A stretch of 63,614 bases of DNA, counting the filler, from Klebsormidium nitens (Eukaryota; Plantae; Klebsormidiophyceae), in assembly GCA_000708835.1 (NCBI GenBank). It is 6 parts of 6 records of this genome, joined end to end, with 100 filler letters (N's around TTAATTAATTAA, not from the genome) between each part and the next. Parts side by side here need not be neighbours in the genome. Positions count along the whole stretch, not along the records: positions 61,350 to 63,614 come from DF238724.1; 5 more parts are not named here. One strand, written 5' to 3'. Of the stretch, positions 62,750 to 63,614 are shown piece after piece. The stretch's first letter is position 1, and every line of letters begins with the position of its first letter. The notes below the pieces were generated by a model. The model made no database searches. It had not been told where the DNA came from and saw only the letters and a list, made by a program, of their open reading frames with translations. A program made the position numbers and the translations under genes.

Positions 62750-63110
62750 GTGCCCCGGGACCGCCACCCTGGCGGGCAACACCACCACGTACCGTAGCTG
62801 GCGTCCTACGCGAGCCCGGGGCAACCGCGAAGCCTCGCCGCGAGCCCACGCGCGCGTAGTACTCGGCGGTACCAGGCGGTACCGTTCAGCGGTACCTCCG
62901 CGAGCCTGCGAGCGGGTACCGGGTACCGGGCAGCAACGCCGGACCCGCGTTTACCAGGACGGTGGGCCTGCGAAGCTGTGGCGGACGTGGAGCTCATCGG
63001 GACTCGGCGACGGGCTCAAACTTCCTCAAAGAGCCTCGTACCGTTAGATATGCATCAGTCAATAATGACCGGTCGCGAGGTACCGTAGCGGTACACTCTG
63101 ATTGGCTACT
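62750..63110. repeat. Palindrome-rich GGTACC/CGCGAG element following the gag
   Basis: ggcggtaccaggcggtaccgttcagcggtacc..gggtaccgggtaccggg. Confidence 0.4.
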
Positions 63111-63614
63111 TAGGTGGTGTTCCGCGTTCTACGCGATTTAGGACTATCGCAAATCGTAGCGAATCAGTGGACTCAGTACTGTGCACTATGTCTTGAGTCT
63201 GCACTGTAGTCTTAGTAGTCTACGCGCGTAACTCAGTGACTTGGAGTAGCGTAGACTAGCTATTAGACTCACCGTAGCCTAGCCTCCGAGGCTCGTATGA
63301 CATGCTCGATGCTCGAACGATGACTCTCATTCCAAATGCACCTTTTTGGGATTACGGCGCTTGCCATTTCTGTGTGCCGGCTACCTTAGACGCTTGTCCC
63401 GTAGCCCTCTCTTTATCGTTCTGCTGGTTTTCATGCCAGCCCCGCATTAGCACATGCTAATGCCACCGAGGCCCCCTCGCAACGCCTTAAGTCGCGAACC
63501 AACGTACCTACGGGAGAACCCCTCTTGCGGGCTGCCACCACTGAGCTTGGCACGTTGCCCAAGCTCCACCTACGGGATACTGCACTTGCTGCATGTGTTA
63601 GAATCCGGTTAGGA

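Noticed and set aside
1-63614. rRNA, tRNA or other structured RNA genes
   Set aside because: None recognisable by eye; the only tRNA-related signal is the 11-nt PBS. tRNAscan-SE or Infernal would be needed to exclude them

Overview
Intron-rich eukaryotic nuclear DNA, most consistent with a streptophyte green alga (Klebsormidium-like; inferred from gene types, not proven). Five 100-bp gaps carry an artificial TTAATTAATTAA linker, so adjacency across them is not guaranteed. A compact core block (33.3-58.6 kb) holds an atypical thioredoxin h-like gene, KIN17, MED18, a PNUTS-like CCCH zinc-finger gene, nuclear-encoded plastid RPS13 and EXO84. The rest is accessory DNA: Ty3/gypsy pol, gag, LTR and PBS pieces, several small foldback elements, decayed genes and lineage-specific genes. 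The strongest candidate for something undescribed is a secreted modular gene at 21.1-27.2 kb. It is built from symmetric phase-1 exons, each encoding a roughly 60-aa four-Cys domain (CP..CxY..CxY..G.L..CP), with a duplicated two-exon cassette and independent frameshifts in both type-B exons. Also notable: a gypsy pol with a long in-frame Gly/Ala/Pro repeat between RNase H and integrase, a Mug135-like gene, and an SxxC thioredoxin.
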